DNA of 64,000 bases from the human T2T-CHM13v2.0 reference genome, Homo sapiens (GCF_009914755.1 NC_060947.1), one strand, 5' to 3'. Shown: positions 13,401 through 30,224, counted from the stretch's first letter. Notes: generated by a model from the letters alone, not told the origin. Numbers and translations are program-made.

Positions 13401-16400
13401 AGACCATTGAGGTTTACAGTGACAAACAGAATATCCCCAGATAAAAACTAGAAAGAAGCTATCTGTGAAACCACTTTGTGATGTATGCATTCATCTCACA
13501 GATTTAAACCTTTCTTTGATTCAGTGGGTTGGAAACACTCTCTTTGTAGGATCTGTGGTGAGACATGTGAGAGCCCTTTGAGGCCTATAGTGAAAATCCA
13601 AATATCCCCAGATAAAAACAAGAAAGAAGCTATCTCTGAAACCATTTTGTGATGTGTGCCTTCATTTTATATTTAAAGTTTTCTTTTGTTTGAGGCTTAT
13701 ATTAAAAAAAGAATATCCCAGCATAAAAGCTAGAAAGAACATATCTGTGAAAAGCCTTAATGATGTGTGCATTTGTCTCACAGAGTTAAACAATTCTCTT
13801 GATTTAGCAGGTTGGAAACACTCTTCTCTAGAATCTGCGAAGGAACATTTTGGAGCCCATTGTGGCCTATAGTGCAAAACCGAATATCCCCAAATGAAAA
13901 GTAGAGTGATGCTATCTGTGAAACCACTTTGTGTTGTATGCATTTAACTCACGTAGTCAAATTTTCTTTGGATTCAGCAGTTTGGAAACACTTTTTTTTG
14001 TAGAATCTGTGAAGGGATATTTGGGAGTCCATTGAGGCTTATAGTGAAGAACCAAATATCCCTGGATAAAAACTAGAAAGAAGCTATCTATCTGAGAAAC
14101 AGCTTTGGTATGTGTGCATTCATCCCACAGAGATAAAGTTTCTTTTGATTCAGCAGGTTGGAAACACTTTTTTTTTCGAATCTACTAAGCGTCTTTGGGA
14201 GCCCATTGACTCCTAAAGTTAAAATCTGCATAACCCTGGTAAGAACTAGAAAGAAGCTATGTGTGAAACTGCTTTGCCATATGTGCATTCATCTCACAGA
14301 GTTAAACAATTCTTTTGATTCAGCAAGTTGGAAACACTCTTTTTGTACAATCTGCAAAGGGATATTTGGGAACCCATTGAGGCCTAGAGTGCAAAATGAT
14401 ATATCCCAATATAAAAAATAGAAACAATTTATCTGTGAAACAGCTTTGCTCTGTGTGAGTTTATCTAACACAGGTAAACATGACTTTTGATTCAGCAGTT
14501 TGGAAAATCTCTTTTTTTTAGAGTCAACGAAGAAACATTTGGGAGGCCTTTGAAGCCTGTAGTGAAAAACTGAATATCCCCTGATAAAAACTAAAAAGAA
14601 GTTATTTGTAAAACCACTTTGTGATATTTGCATTCATTGCAAAAAATTGAAGTTTTCTATTGATGCAGCAGGTTAGATACACTCTTTCTGTAGAATACAC
14701 AAAGGCATATTTTGGAGCCCATTTAGACCAGTAGTCAAAAACAGAATATCGCCAGATAAACAATAGAAAGAAGCTACCTGTGGTATCACTTTGTGACATA
14801 TGCATTCATCTGACAAAGTTAAAACATGCTTTTTATTCAGCAGGTTGGAAACACTCTTTTTCTGCAAAAGAACATTTGGGAGCCCACTGAGGGATATAGA
14901 GAAATACAGAATATCCCCAGATAAAAACTAGAAGGAAGCTATCTGTAAAGCCAGTTTGTGATATGTATGTTCATCTCACAGATTTAAACCTTTGCTTTGA
15001 TTCTGCAGTTTGGAAACACTTATTGTAGGATCTGTGCAGGGATATTTGGGAGCCCATTGGGGCCTAGAGTGAAAAACCAAACATCCCCAGATAAAAACTA
15101 AAAAGAAGCTATCTGTCAAACCACATTGTGATGTGTGCATTCATCTCAAAGAGTTAAAATTTCATTTGATTTGGCAGTTTGGAAACAGTCTTCTTTGAGA
15201 TCTGTGAAGAGACATGTGGGAGCCCATTGAGGCCTATAGTGAAAAGCCAAATATCCCCAGATAAAAACTAGAAAGAAGCGATCTATGAAACTGCATTGCT
15301 ATGAATGCATTCACCTCACAGAGGTAAAAATTATTTTGAGTCAATCTGTTGGAAACACTCCTTTGGTACAATCTGCGAAGGGACATTTGGGAGCCCATTG
15401 AGGCCTATAGTGAAAAAAATAATATATGCACATGAAAACAAGAAAAAAGCTATCTGTGAAATCATTATGCAGTGTGTGCATTCATCTCACAGAGTTAAAA
15501 CTTTGTTTGATTCAGCCTTTTGGAAACAATTTTTTTTGTGTGTAGAATATGTGAAGGGATATTTGGGTGCCCATCCAGGCCTAAATTGAAAAACGAAAAC
15601 TCCAATGAAAAAAACTAGGAAGAAGCTATCTGTAAAACCGCCTTGCAATATGTGAATTCATCTCACAGGGCTAAACCTTTCTTTTGATTCAGCACACTGG
15701 AAACACTCTTTTTGTAAAATCTGCAAAGGGATATTTGGGAGCCCATTTGTGCCTATAGTTAAAAATTGAATATTCCAAGATAAAAACTAGAAAGAAGGTG
15801 TCTGTGAAACAGCTTTGCAATGTGTGCATTCAACTCACAGAGTCAAACCTTGTTTTGATTCGGCAGATTGAAAACGATCTTCTTGTACAATCTGGGAAGG
15901 GACTTTTAGGAACCACTTTGGGGCTTAACGAGAAAATCTGAACATCCCCAGATAAAAACTAGAAAGAAGATATATGTGAAACCATGTAGTGATGTGTGCA
16001 TTCATCTCTCATAGATAAAAATTTATTTTGATTCAGCAGCTTGAAAACACTTTTTTGTAGAATCTGCTAAGGGACATTTGAAAACCAATTGTGATCTATA
16101 TTGAAAAATCGAATATCCTGAGAGAAAAACTTGATAGAAGTTACCTGTGAAACTGCTTTGTGAGGTATGCATTCATCCCACAGAATTAAACGTTTCTTTT
16201 GATTCCACAGGTGAGAAACACTCTTTTTGTAGAATCTGTGAAGGGACATTTGGGATCCCAGTGATGCCTATAATGAAAAAGTGAATATCTCCCCATAAAA
16301 ACTGGAACGAAGCTATCTGTAAAACTCCTCTGCCATGTGTGCATTCACTTCAAATGGTTAAACCTTTCTTTTGATTCGGCAGTTGGAAATACTCTTTTGT

Positions 16401-19400
16401 AGGATCTGCGAAGGGACATTTGGAATCCCATTGAGGCCTACTGTGAAAAAACGAATATCCCCAGATAAAATCTAGAAATAAGCTATCTTTGAAACCACTT
16501 TGTGATGCATGAATTCGTCTCACAGAGTTAAGATTTTCTTTTGATTCAGCAGGTTGGAAACACTTTGTTGTATGATCTGCAAAGTGATATTTGGGAGCCC
16601 ATTGAGTCCTACAGTGCAAAACCAAATATCCCCATATAAAAACCAGAAGGAAGCAATCTGTGAAACCGCTTTGCACTGTGCACATTCATCTCACAGAGTT
16701 AAACCTTTCTTTTGATTCAGTAGGCTGGAAACACTCTTTTTTTAGAATCTACAAATGCACATTTGAAAGCCCACTGAGGACTATAGTGAAAATTTTAATA
16801 TCCTAAGATAAAAGTTGAAAGAAGCTATCTTTGAAAATGCTTAGTGATGTGCGCATTCAACTCACAAAGTTAAACCTTTCTTTTGATTCAGCAACTTGGT
16901 AACACTTTTTTTTGTGAAATCTGCAAAGGGACATTTGGGAGCCCAGCAAGGCCTATAGTGAAAAACAGAATATCCTCAGATAAAAAGTAGAAAGAAGATA
17001 TCTCTGAAACCACTTTGTGATGTGAGCATTCAACTCACAGAGTTAAACGTTTCTTTTGATTCAGCATGTTGGAAACACTCTTTTTGTAGAATCTGCAAAG
17101 CAGCATATGGGACACTAATGAGGCCCATAGTGAAAAATAAAATATCACCAGATAAAAACTAGAAAGAATCTATCTGTGAAACTGCTTTGCAAAATGTGCA
17201 TTCATCTCACAGATTTAAAACTTTCTGTTGATTCAGCAGGTAGGAAACACAAGTTTTGTAGGATCTGCAAAGGGAGACTTCAGAGCCCTTTGAGGCCCAT
17301 AGTGAAAAACCGAATATCCCCATATAAAAACTAGAAGGAAGTTATCTGTGAAGCCCCTTTGCAATGAGTGCATTTTTCTCAAGGTTGAAACCTTTCTTTT
17401 GATTCAGCAGGTTGGAAAACTTCTTTTTGTAAAATCTTCAAAGGCACATTTGGGAGCCCACTGAGGCAGGCTTGTAGTGAAAAACAAAACATCCCCAGAT
17501 AAAAACTAGAAAGAAGCAATGGGTGAAACTTCTTTACAATGCAGGCACATATCTCTAAGGGTGGAACATTTCTTTTGATTCAGCAGGTTGGAAACACTCT
17601 TTTTGTAGAACTTATGAAGGGACACATGGGAGCCCATTTAGGCCAATAGTGACAAACAAAATATCCCCAAGTAAAAACTAGAAAGAAGTTATCTCTGAAA
17701 CTGCTTCATGACGTGTGGTTTCATCTCAAAAAGTTAGGCCTTTCTTTTCATTCAGCATGTTGGAAACACTCTTTTTGTAGGATCTGTGAAGGACCATTTG
17801 GAAGCCCATTGAGGCCTATAGTGAAAAACCAAATATCACTGATAAAAACTAGAAAGAAGCTATGTGTGAATCTGCTTTGCAATGCAGGCACACCTCTCAC
17901 AGGGTGAAACCTTTCTTTTGATTCAGCATGTTGGAAAAACTCTTATTGTAGAATCTATGCAGGGACATATGAGAGCCCATTGAGGCCTACAGTGAAAAAA
18001 AAGAATATCCCCAGATAAAGGCTATAAAGAAGCTATCTGTGAAACCGCTTTTTGATGTGTGAATTCATCTCACAGAGTTAAACCTTCTTTTTGATTCGGC
18101 AGGTTGGAAACTCATTTTTTGTAGAACCAGAGGATGGATATATGTCAGCACCTGAGGCCTATAGTGAAAAATTGAATATCCCTGGATAAAACAAGAAATA
18201 TTCTATGTCTGAAACCACTTTGCAATAGGAGGATTCATCTCATAGAGTAAAAACTTGTTTTATTCAGCACATTGGAATTACTCTTTTTTTGGATCTCTGA
18301 AGGGACGATTTGGAGCTCATTTAGGTCTATAGGAAAAAACAGAATATCTCCAGGTGAAAACTAGAAAAAAGCTATCTGTGAAACCGCTTTGTGATGTGTG
18401 CATTCATCTCACAATATTAAACTCTATTTTTAATTCAGCAGGTTGGAAACACTCTTTTCGAAGGATCTGTGAAGGAACATTTAGGAGCCCATTGAGGCAT
18501 ACAGTGAAAAACTGAATATCCCCAAATAAAAACTAGATAAAAGCTATCTCTAAAACTGCATTGCAATGTGTGCATATCTCTCACAGAGTTAAACGTTTCT
18601 TTTGATTCAACACGTTGGAAACACTCTTTTTGTAGGATCTGTGAAGGGACATTTGGAAGCCCATTGAGGCCTACAGTGAAAAAACAAATATCCCTAGATA
18701 AAATCTAGAAATAAGCTACCTGCGAGTCCACTTTGCAATGTGTGAATTCATCTCACACAGTTAAAATTTTTTTCTTTTGATTCAGCAGGTTGGAAACACT
18801 CTTTTTGTAGAATCCGTGAACAAACATTTGGGAGCCCATTGAGGCCTACAGCAAAAAGCAGAATATCCCCAGATAAAAGCTAGAAAGAGCTATCTGTGAA
18901 ACTGCTTTGTGATGTGTGTATACATCTCACAGAAGTAAACCTTCCTTTTGATTCAGCAGGTTGGAAACACTCTTTTTGTAGAATCTGCAAAGGAACATTT
19001 GGTTGACCCTTGAGGCCTATAGGCCTCAGATGAATTATCCCCAGATGAAAACTAGAAAGAAGCCATGATGTGTGAAACACTTTTGCCATGCATGCATTCA
19101 TCTCAAAGGATTAAATCTTTCTTTGATTCAGCAGGTTGAAAACACTCTTTTAGTCAAATTTGTGAAGAGACATATTGGAGCCCATTGAGGCCTATAGTGA
19201 AAAACATAATATCTTCAGATTAAAAGGTGAAAGCAGCTGTCTGTGAAACCACTTTATGATATGTGCATTCATTTCACAGAGTTTAACCTTTCTTTTGATT
19301 CAACAGGTGGGAAATACTCTTTATGTACAATCTGCAAATAAACAGCTGGGAGCTCATTGAGGTCTATAGTGAAAAACCGAATATCCCCATATAAAAATTA

Positions 19401-22400
19401 GAAAGAAGCAATTTGTGAAACTGCTTTGCTATGTGTGATTTCATCTCACAGAGGTGAAGAGTTCTTTCGATTCACTAGGTTGGAAACACTCTTTTTGTAG
19501 GATCTGCATAGGAATATTTGGGAGCCCAATGACGCCAATAGTGAAAAAACAAATATCTTCTGATAAAATCTAGAAAGAAGCTTTCTGTGAAACTGCTTTG
19601 CTATGTGTGTATGTGACTCACAAAGCTGAAGCCTTATTTTGATTCAGCAGTTAGGAAACTCTCTTTTTGCAGGATTGGCAAAGGGGCATTTGGGATCCCA
19701 TTGAGGCCTGTAGTGGAAAACAATATATTCCCAGATAAAAACTAGAAAGAAGCTATCTATGAAACTGCATTCTGTTGTGAGCATTCTTTTCACAGAGTTA
19801 AACATTTATTTTGATTCAGCATGATGTAAACACTCTTTTTGTAGAATTTGTGAAGGGAAATTTGGGAGCCCTTTTAGACCTATAGTGAAAAACTGAATAT
19901 CGTGAGACCAAAACTAGAAAGAACGTATCTGTGAAACAGCATTGGAAAGTATGTATTCATCTCACAGAGTTAAACATTTCTTTTGATTCAAAATGTTGGA
20001 ACACTACTTTTGTAGAATCTGCGAAGGAACATCTGGGTGACCCTTGGGGCCTACAGTGAAAAAACGAATATCCCCAGATAAAAACTAGAAAGAAGATATC
20101 TGTGAAACCACTATGCAATGTGTGCATTCATCTCACAGGGTTAAACCTTTGTTAGATTCAGCAGGTTGGAAAAACTCTTTTTGTTGGGTCTGTGAAGAGA
20201 CATACTGGAGCCCATTGCAGCCTATATTGAAAAACAGAATATCTTCAGATAAAAACTAGAAAGAAGATATCTGTAAAACTGCTTTGCAATGTGTGCATTC
20301 ATCTCACAGATTTAAACTTTCTTTTGATTCAGCAGGTTGGAAACACTCTTTTTGTAGAATCTGTGAATGAACATTTGGGAGCCTATTGAAGCCTAGAGAG
20401 TAAAATGGAATATCTTCATACGAAAATTAGAAAGAAACTATTTGTGAAACTGCATGGCTAAGGGTGCTTTCCTGTCACAGAGGTAAACAGTTCTTTGATT
20501 CAGCAGTTAGGAAACACTCTTTTTGCAGGATTGGCAAAGGGACATTATGGAGCCTATTGAGGCCTATAGTGAAAAACCAAATATTCCCATATAAAAATTA
20601 CAAAGAAGGTATTTTTGAAACTGCTTGGCTATGTGTGCTTTCATCTCACAGAAGTAAACAGTTCTTTTGATTCAGCAGTTTGGAAACTCTCTTTTTGCAG
20701 TATAGGTGAAGGGACATTAGGGAGTCTACTGAGGCTTTTAGTGAAAAGCAACATATCCCCAGAAAAAAACTAGGAAGAAGCTACCTATGAAACTGCTTTC
20801 TGTTGTGGGCATTGATTTTGCAGAGTTAAACCATTCTTTTGATTCAACAGGATGGAATCACTCTTTTTCTAGAATCTGTTAAAAGACATTTGGTAGCCCT
20901 TTGAGACCGATAATGAAAAACTGAATATCCACAGAAAAAAACTAGAAAAAAGCTATCTGTGAAGCCACTTTGGATGTGTGCATTCATCTCACAAGGATAA
21001 ACTTTTCTGTTGATTCAGCAGGTTGAAAACACTTTTTCTGTAAAATCTGTGAGGGGACATTTGGGAGCCCATTGAAACCTAGTGTGAAAAACCAAATCTC
21101 CCCAGAGAAAAACTAGAAGGAAGCTAACTGTGAAACTGCTTTGTGATGTGTGTGTTCAACTCACAGAATTAAACCTATATTTTGATTAAGCAGATTGGGA
21201 ACACTCTTTATGTAGTACCTGCGAAGGGACATTTGGGAGCCCATTGGGGCCTATAGTAAAAAACTGAATATCCCCAAATAAAAACTAAAAAGAAGCTATA
21301 TGTATAACAGCTTTGAGATGTGGGCATTCATCTTGCAGAGTTCAATTTTCCTTTTGATTCAGCAGGTTGGAAAAACTCTTTTTGTAGGATCTGCATAGGG
21401 ACACTTTGTAGCCCATTGAGACCTAAATAAAAAGCTGAATATCCCCAGAAAAAAAAAAAAACTAGAAAGAAGCTATCTGTGAAACTGCCTTGGGATGTGT
21501 GCATTTATCTCAGAGAGATAAAACTTTCTTTTAATTCAACAGATTGAAAACATTCTTTTTGTAGGATCTGTGAAAAAACATTTGGGAGCCCATTGAGGCC
21601 TATAGTGAAAAACCAAATATACTCAGATTAAAACTAGAAAGAAGAATGTGTGAAACTTTTTTGAGGAGTGTCCATTTATCTCACAGTGTTAAACATTTCT
21701 TTTCACTCAGGAGGTTGGAAATACTCTTTTTGTAAAATCTGTGATGGGACATTCCAGATCCCATTGAGGCTTATAGTGAAAAACAAATAATCTCCTGATA
21801 AAAACTAGAAAGAAGCTATCTGTGAAACTGTTCTGTGATGGGCACATTCATCTCACAGACTTAAACCTTTGTATTGATTTAGCAGGTTGGAAACACTATT
21901 TTTTAGGCTCTGAGAAGGGACATTGGAGACCCCATTGAGGCCTATAATGAAAAACCATATATACCCAGATAAAAACTAGAAAGAAGCTATCTGTGAAACT
22001 GCTTTGCAAAGTGTGCATTCACCTCACAGAGGTAAACCTTCCTTTGATTCAGCAAGTTGGAAACACTCTTATTGTAGTATCTGCAAAGTGACATTTGGAT
22101 CCTAATGAGGCATATAGACGAAAATGGAATATTTCCAGATAAAAACTAGAAATAAGCTATCTGTGAAACCACTTTGTGATGTGGGCATTAATCTCACAGA
22201 GTTAAACCTTTCTTTTGATTCAGCAGGTTGGAAACACTCTTTTGTAGAATCTGCAAAAGGACATTTAGGAGCACATTGAGGCCTAGGGTAAAAAACCGAA
22301 TATTTCTAGATATAAGCTAGAAAGAAGCAATCTGTGAAACTGCTTTACTATGTGTGTGATTATCTCACAAATTTAAACCTTTCTTTTGATTCAGCAGTTT

Positions 22401-25400
22401 GGAAACACTCTCTTCGTAGGATCTGCAAAGAGATATTTGGGAGCACATTGAGGCCTATATTGAAAAGCAGAATATCCCCACAGAAAAAGTAAAAATAAGC
22501 TATCTATGAAACTGCTTTGTGATGTGTGCATTTATTTCACAGAGTTAAACTTGTCTTTTGATTCAGTAGGTTGGAAACACTCTTTTTGTAGAATCTGCAA
22601 ACAGATATTTGGGAGCCCATTGAGGCCTACAGTGAAAAACTGAATATCGCCAGATAAAATCTAGAAAGAAGCTATCTGTGAAACCTCTTTGTGATGTGGG
22701 CATACATCTCAAAGAGTTAAACTTTTCTTTTGATTCAGCAAGTTGTAAACACTCTTTTTGTAGGATCTGCAAAGGGATATTTGGGAGCCCATTTAGGCCT
22801 ATAGTGAAGAGCCGACTATCCCAAGATATACACTAAAAATAAGTTATCTATGAAACTGCTTTGCAGTGTTTGTATTCATCTCAGAGAGTTAAACCTTTGT
22901 TTTTACTTGGCATTTTGGAAACTCTCCTTTTGTATGGTCTGCGATGGGACATTTGGGAGCCCATTGAGGCTTATAGTGAAAAACTGAAAATCCGCAGATA
23001 AAAACTAGAAAGAAGATATTGGTGAAACTTCTTCACAATGGTTGCATTCATTTCACAGTCTTAAAGCTTTCTATTGATTTAGCAGGTTGGAAACACTATT
23101 TTTTAGTATCTGTGAAGAGACATTTGGGACTCTATTGAGGCCTATGATGAAAGACTTTATATAGCAAGATAAAAACTAGAAAGAAGCAATCTGTGAAACT
23201 GCTTTGCAATGTGTGTGTTCATCTCACAGAGTTAATCCTTCCTTTGATTCAGCAAGTTGGAAACAGTCTTACTGTAGAATCTGCAAAGTGACTTTGGGGA
23301 GCCTATTGAGGACTGTAGTGAAAAACAAAATAACCCCAGATAAAAACTAGAAAGAAGCTATTTATGAAACTGCTTTGCGATGTGGGCATTAATCTCACAG
23401 AGTTAAACCATTCTTTTGATTCAGCAGGTTGGAAACACTCTTTTGTAGAATCTGCAAAGGGACATTTAGGAGCAAATTGAGGCCTAAAGTGAAACACTGA
23501 ATATCTCTAGACAAAAACTAGAAGGAAGCTATCTGTGAAACTGCTCTTCTATGTGTGCTTTTACCTCACAGATTTAAACTTTCCTTTGATTCATCAAGTT
23601 GGAAACACTCTTACTGTAGAATCTGCAAAGTGACATTTGGGAGCCCTTTGAGGCCTTTAGGTAAAACCGAATATCCCCAGATAAAAACTAGAAAGAAGAT
23701 ATCTGTGAAACCACTTTGCGACGTGGGCATAGATCTCAAAGAATTAAACTTTTCTTTTGATTCAACAGGTTGCAAACATTCTTTTTGTAGAATCTGTGAA
23801 GGGACTTTTGGGAGCCTATTGAGGCCTATAGTGAAAAACCTGCTATCTCCAGGTAAACACTAAAAAGAAGCTATCTATGAAACTGCATTGCAGTGTGTGG
23901 ATCCATCTCACAGAGTTAAACTTTTCTTTTGATTTAGCAGGTTGAGAACACTCTTTTGTATGATCTGCAATGGGGAATTTGGGAGCTCATTCAGGCCTAT
24001 AGTGAAAAACTGAATATCTTGAGATAAAAACTAGAAAGAACCTATGTGTGAAAATGCTTTGCAATTTGTGCATTCTTCTCACAGAGTTAAACATTTCCTT
24101 TCATAGAATCGGTGAGGGTACATTTCAGAGTTCATCGTGGCCTATAGTGAAAAACTGAAAGGCTCCAGATTAAAACTAAAAAGAAGGTATCTCTGAATTC
24201 ACACTTCCATGTGTGCATTCATCTCACAGGCTTAAAATTTTCTTTTGATTCAGCAGGTTGGAAACACTCTTGTTGTAGAATCTGTGAAGAGACATTTGGG
24301 AGCCAATTGAGGCCTGTAGTGAAAAATCAATTATCCCCAGAAAAAAACTAGATTGAAGGTATCTGTGAAACTGCTTTGCAATGTGTGCATGTTTCTCACT
24401 GAGTTCAACCTTTCTTTTATTTCAACAGTTTGGACACACTCTTTTTCTACACTCTTCTAAGAAACATTTGGGAGCCCATTGAGGTCTACAGTGAAAAAGC
24501 AAATATCCCCAGATTAAAACTAAAATAAGCTATCTGTGAAACTGCTTTGTGATGTGTGCTTTCATCTGGCAGTTTTCAACCTTTCTTATTATTCAGCAGG
24601 TGGGAAACACGCTTTTTGTAGAATCTGCAAAGGAACATTTTGGAGCCCTTTGAAGTGTATAGGGAAAAATCAAGTACCTTCAGATAAAAACTAGAAAGAA
24701 GCTATCTGTGAAACCACTTTGTGACGTGTGGATTCATCTCACAGAGTTCAATTTTTCTTTTGATTCACCACGTTGGAAACACCCTTTTTGTAGAATCTTT
24801 GAAGGGATATTTGGGAGCCTGTTGAGGCCTGTAGTGAAGAACTGAATATCCCCAGTTAAAAACTGGAAAGAAGCTATCTATGAAACTGCTTTGCAATGTG
24901 TGGATTCATCTCAGAGATTTAAACTTTTGTTTTTATTCAGCAGGTTGAAAACACTCCTTTTGTAGAATCTGTGAAGAAATATTTGGAAGCTTATTGAGGC
25001 CTAAAGTGAAAAACAAAATATCCCGAGAAAAAACTAGGAAGAGGGTATCTGTGAAACTGCTTTGTGATGTGTGCATTCATCACAAAGAGTTAAACCTTTC
25101 ATTCAATTCAGCATGTTGGAAACACTCTTTTTGTAGAATCTGTGAAGGGACATTTGGGAGCCCTTTGAGGACTATAGTGAATAACTGAATATCCTCAGAT
25201 AAGATCCAGAAACAAGCTATCTGTGAAACCACTTTGTGATGTTTGCATTCATCTCATATAGTTAAACCTTTCATTTCATTCAGCAGGTTGGAGAAACTCT
25301 TTTTGTAGAATTTGCGAAGGGACATTTTGGAGCCTATTGAGGCCTGTAGTAAAAAACTGAATATCCGCTTATAAAAACTAGAAAGAAGAAATCTGTCAAA

Positions 25401-28121
25401 CTGCTTTGTGATGTGTGCATTACTCTCACAGATTTAAACTGTTCTTTTGATTCAACAGTAGGAAACACACTTTCTGTAGGATTTGTGAAGGGTCTTTTGG
25501 GAGCCCATTGATTCCTGTAGTGAAAAATCTAATATCCCCAGGTAAAAGCTCAAAAGAAGTAAACTGTGAAACTGCTTTGCAATTGGTGCATTCATTTAAT
25601 AGAGTTATTCTTTACTTTTGATTCAGCAGGCTGGAAACACTCTTTTTGAAAAATCTGCAAAGTGACATTTGGGAGCCCACTGAGGCCAATAGTGAAAAAT
25701 CCAAAACCCTCAGATAAGAACCAGAAGCAAGCTATCTGTGAAACTGCTTTGCAATGTGGACATTCATCTCATAAAGTTAAACCTTTCTTTTGATTTGACA
25801 GGTTGGAAAAACTCTTTTTGTAGATTTAGAAAAGGGACCTTTGTGAGCCTATTGGGGCTTATAGTGAAAAACCAAATATCTCCAGGTTAAAACTAGAAAG
25901 AAGGTACCTGTGAATCCGCTTTGTGATGAGTACATTCATCTCACAGAGTTAAACTTCTCTTTTGATTCAGCAGGTTGGAAAAAGTCTTCTAGTAGAATCC
26001 GCAAAGGAACATTTGGGAGCCCCTTGAGGCCTATAGTCAAAAAATGAATATCTCCATATAAAAACTAGAAAGTAGCTATCTGAGAAACCACTTTGCAATG
26101 GATGCATTCATCTCAAAGATTTAAACCTTTCTTTTGATTCAATAGGTTGTAAACACTTTTTTTGTAAAATCCGCGAAGGGACATTTGGGATTCCATTGAA
26201 GCCTGTAGTGAAAAACCAAATATCCTCAGATAAAAACAATAAAGAAGCTACCTGTGAAACTACTTTGTGAGGTGTGCATTCCTCTCACAGAGTTAAATCT
26301 TTTTTTAGATTCAGCAGGTGGGAACAGTCTTTTTGTAGAATATGTGAAGGAACAATTTGGAGCCCATTGAGACCTACAGTGAAAAAAAAGATACCCCCAG
26401 AATAAAACTAGAAAGAATGTATCTGTGAGACGGGTTTTTGATGGGTGCATTCATCTTGCAGAGTTACATCTTTCTTTTTATTCAGCAGGTTGGAAACACT
26501 CTTCTTGCAGAATCTGCGAAGGGATATTTGGAAGCCCATTGAGGCCAATAGTGTAAAAACAAATATCCCAAGACAAAAACTAGAAAGAACCTATCTTTCA
26601 AACCACTTTGGGATTTGTGCATTCATCTCACAGAGTTCAACGTTTTTTTTTTCATTTGGCAGGTTGGAAAGGCACTTTTTGAGGAATCTGCAGAGAAATA
26701 TTTTGGAGCTTGTTGAAGCCTATAGTGAAAAACCAAATATCCCAAAATAAAAACCAGAAAGAAGCTATCTGTGAAACTGCTTTGTGATGTGTGCATTCAT
26801 TTCAGAGAGTTAAACAGTCCTTTTAACTCAGTAGGTTGGAAACACTCTTTTTGTAGTATCTGAGAAGGGACATTTTGGAGCCCATTGAGACCTATCGTGA
26901 AAAACAGATTGTCCCCAGATAAAAATTAAAAAGAAGCTATCTGTGAAATGGCTTTGTGATGTGTGGATTCACTTTAAAGTATTAAACATTTCTTCTGATC
27001 CAGCAGTTTGGAAACACTCTTCTTATAGGATCCGTGAAGAAACATTTGGGAGTCCATTGAAGCCAATAGTGAAAAACAGAATATCCCCACATAAAAAATA
27101 GAAGGAAGCTATCTGTGAAATAGCTTTGCTATGGGTGAATACATCTCACAGAGTGAAACCATTGTTTGGTTTCAGCAGGTTGAAAACACTCTTTTTGTAT
27201 GATGTATGTAGGGAGACTTTGTAGCCCACTGAGGCCTATAGTGAAAAACGAAATATCCCCAGATAAAAACTAGAAAGAATCTATTTGCAAAACCATTTTG
27301 TGATGTGTGCACCCATCTCACAGATTTAAACATTTGTTTTGAGTCAGCAGGTTGGAAACACTTTTTGTAAAACCTGCGGAAAAATATTTGGGAGCCTATT
27401 GAGGCCTAAAGTTAAAACTAAATATCCCCAGAAAAAAAACTAGAAAGAAGCTCTCTGTTTAACTACTTTGTGATGCATGGATTCGGCTCTCAGAGTTAAA
27501 CCTTGTTTTGATTCAGCAAGTTGGAAACACTCTTTTTGTAGAATCCATGAAGGGACATTTGGAAGCCCACTGAGGACTAATGAAAAACTGAATATTTTCA
27601 GATAAAAACTAGAAAGAAGCTATTTGTGAAACCATTTTGGGAAGCATGCATTCATCTCACAGAGTTAAAACTTTCCTTTGATTAATCAAGTTGGATACAC
27701 TCTGTTTGTAAGAGCTGTGAAGGGACATTTGGGGTGCCATTGAGGCCTATAGTGAAAAACCGAATATCCCTGTATAAAAACTAGAAAGACACTATCTGTC
27801 AAACCACTTTGCAATAAGTGCACTCATCCCACAGAGTTAAATATTTATTTGATTCAGCAGGTTGGAAACAATATTTTTGTAGGATCTGTGAAGGGAAATT
27901 GGGAAGCCCATTGAGGCTGATAGTAAATACTGAATATCCCCAGATAAAACCAGAAAGAAGATATCTACAAAAATGCTTTGCAATGTATGCATTCATCTCA
28001 CAGATTTAAACCTTTGTTTTGATTCAGCTGCTTGAAAACACCCATTTTGTAGAATCAGCAAAGAAACATTTGGGAGCCCTTTGAGGCCTAAAGTGAAAAA
28101 CCAAGTATCCACAAATAAAAA
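10401..28121 (+). repeat. Alpha satellite, diverged monomeric layer type 2
   Basis: ~172-bp units with diagnostics GTGCATTCATCTCAC, GGGACATTTGGGAGCCCATTGAGGCCTATAGTGAAAAA and AATATCCCCAGATAAAAACTAGAAAGAAGCTATCTGTG. Confidence 0.95.
28113..28121 (+). other. Probable L1 target-site duplication, left copy (AAATAAAAA)
   Basis: The same 9-mer occurs at 30401-30409. Removing the L1 and one copy restores a continuous monomer (GTATCCACAAATAAAAAGTAGAAAAAAACTATCT). The exact length is ambiguous because the sequence is A-rich. Confidence 0.65.
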
Positions 28122-30169
<2,048 letters not shown>

Positions 30170-30224
30170 ACAATGAGAACACATGGACACAGGAAGGGGA
30201 ACATCACACACCAGGGCCTGTTGT

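Noticed and set aside
9619-21461. Short simple runs: (TTG)4 at ~9620, T12 at 10829 and A13 at 21449
   Set aside because: These are minor slippage of native tracts.
794-27996. Many 60-135 aa ORFs with recurring KTRKKLSVKLLCDVWI/FDSAGWKHSFCRI motifs
   Set aside because: They are translations of the 171-bp (57-codon) satellite unit, with frequent stops and no gene structure.
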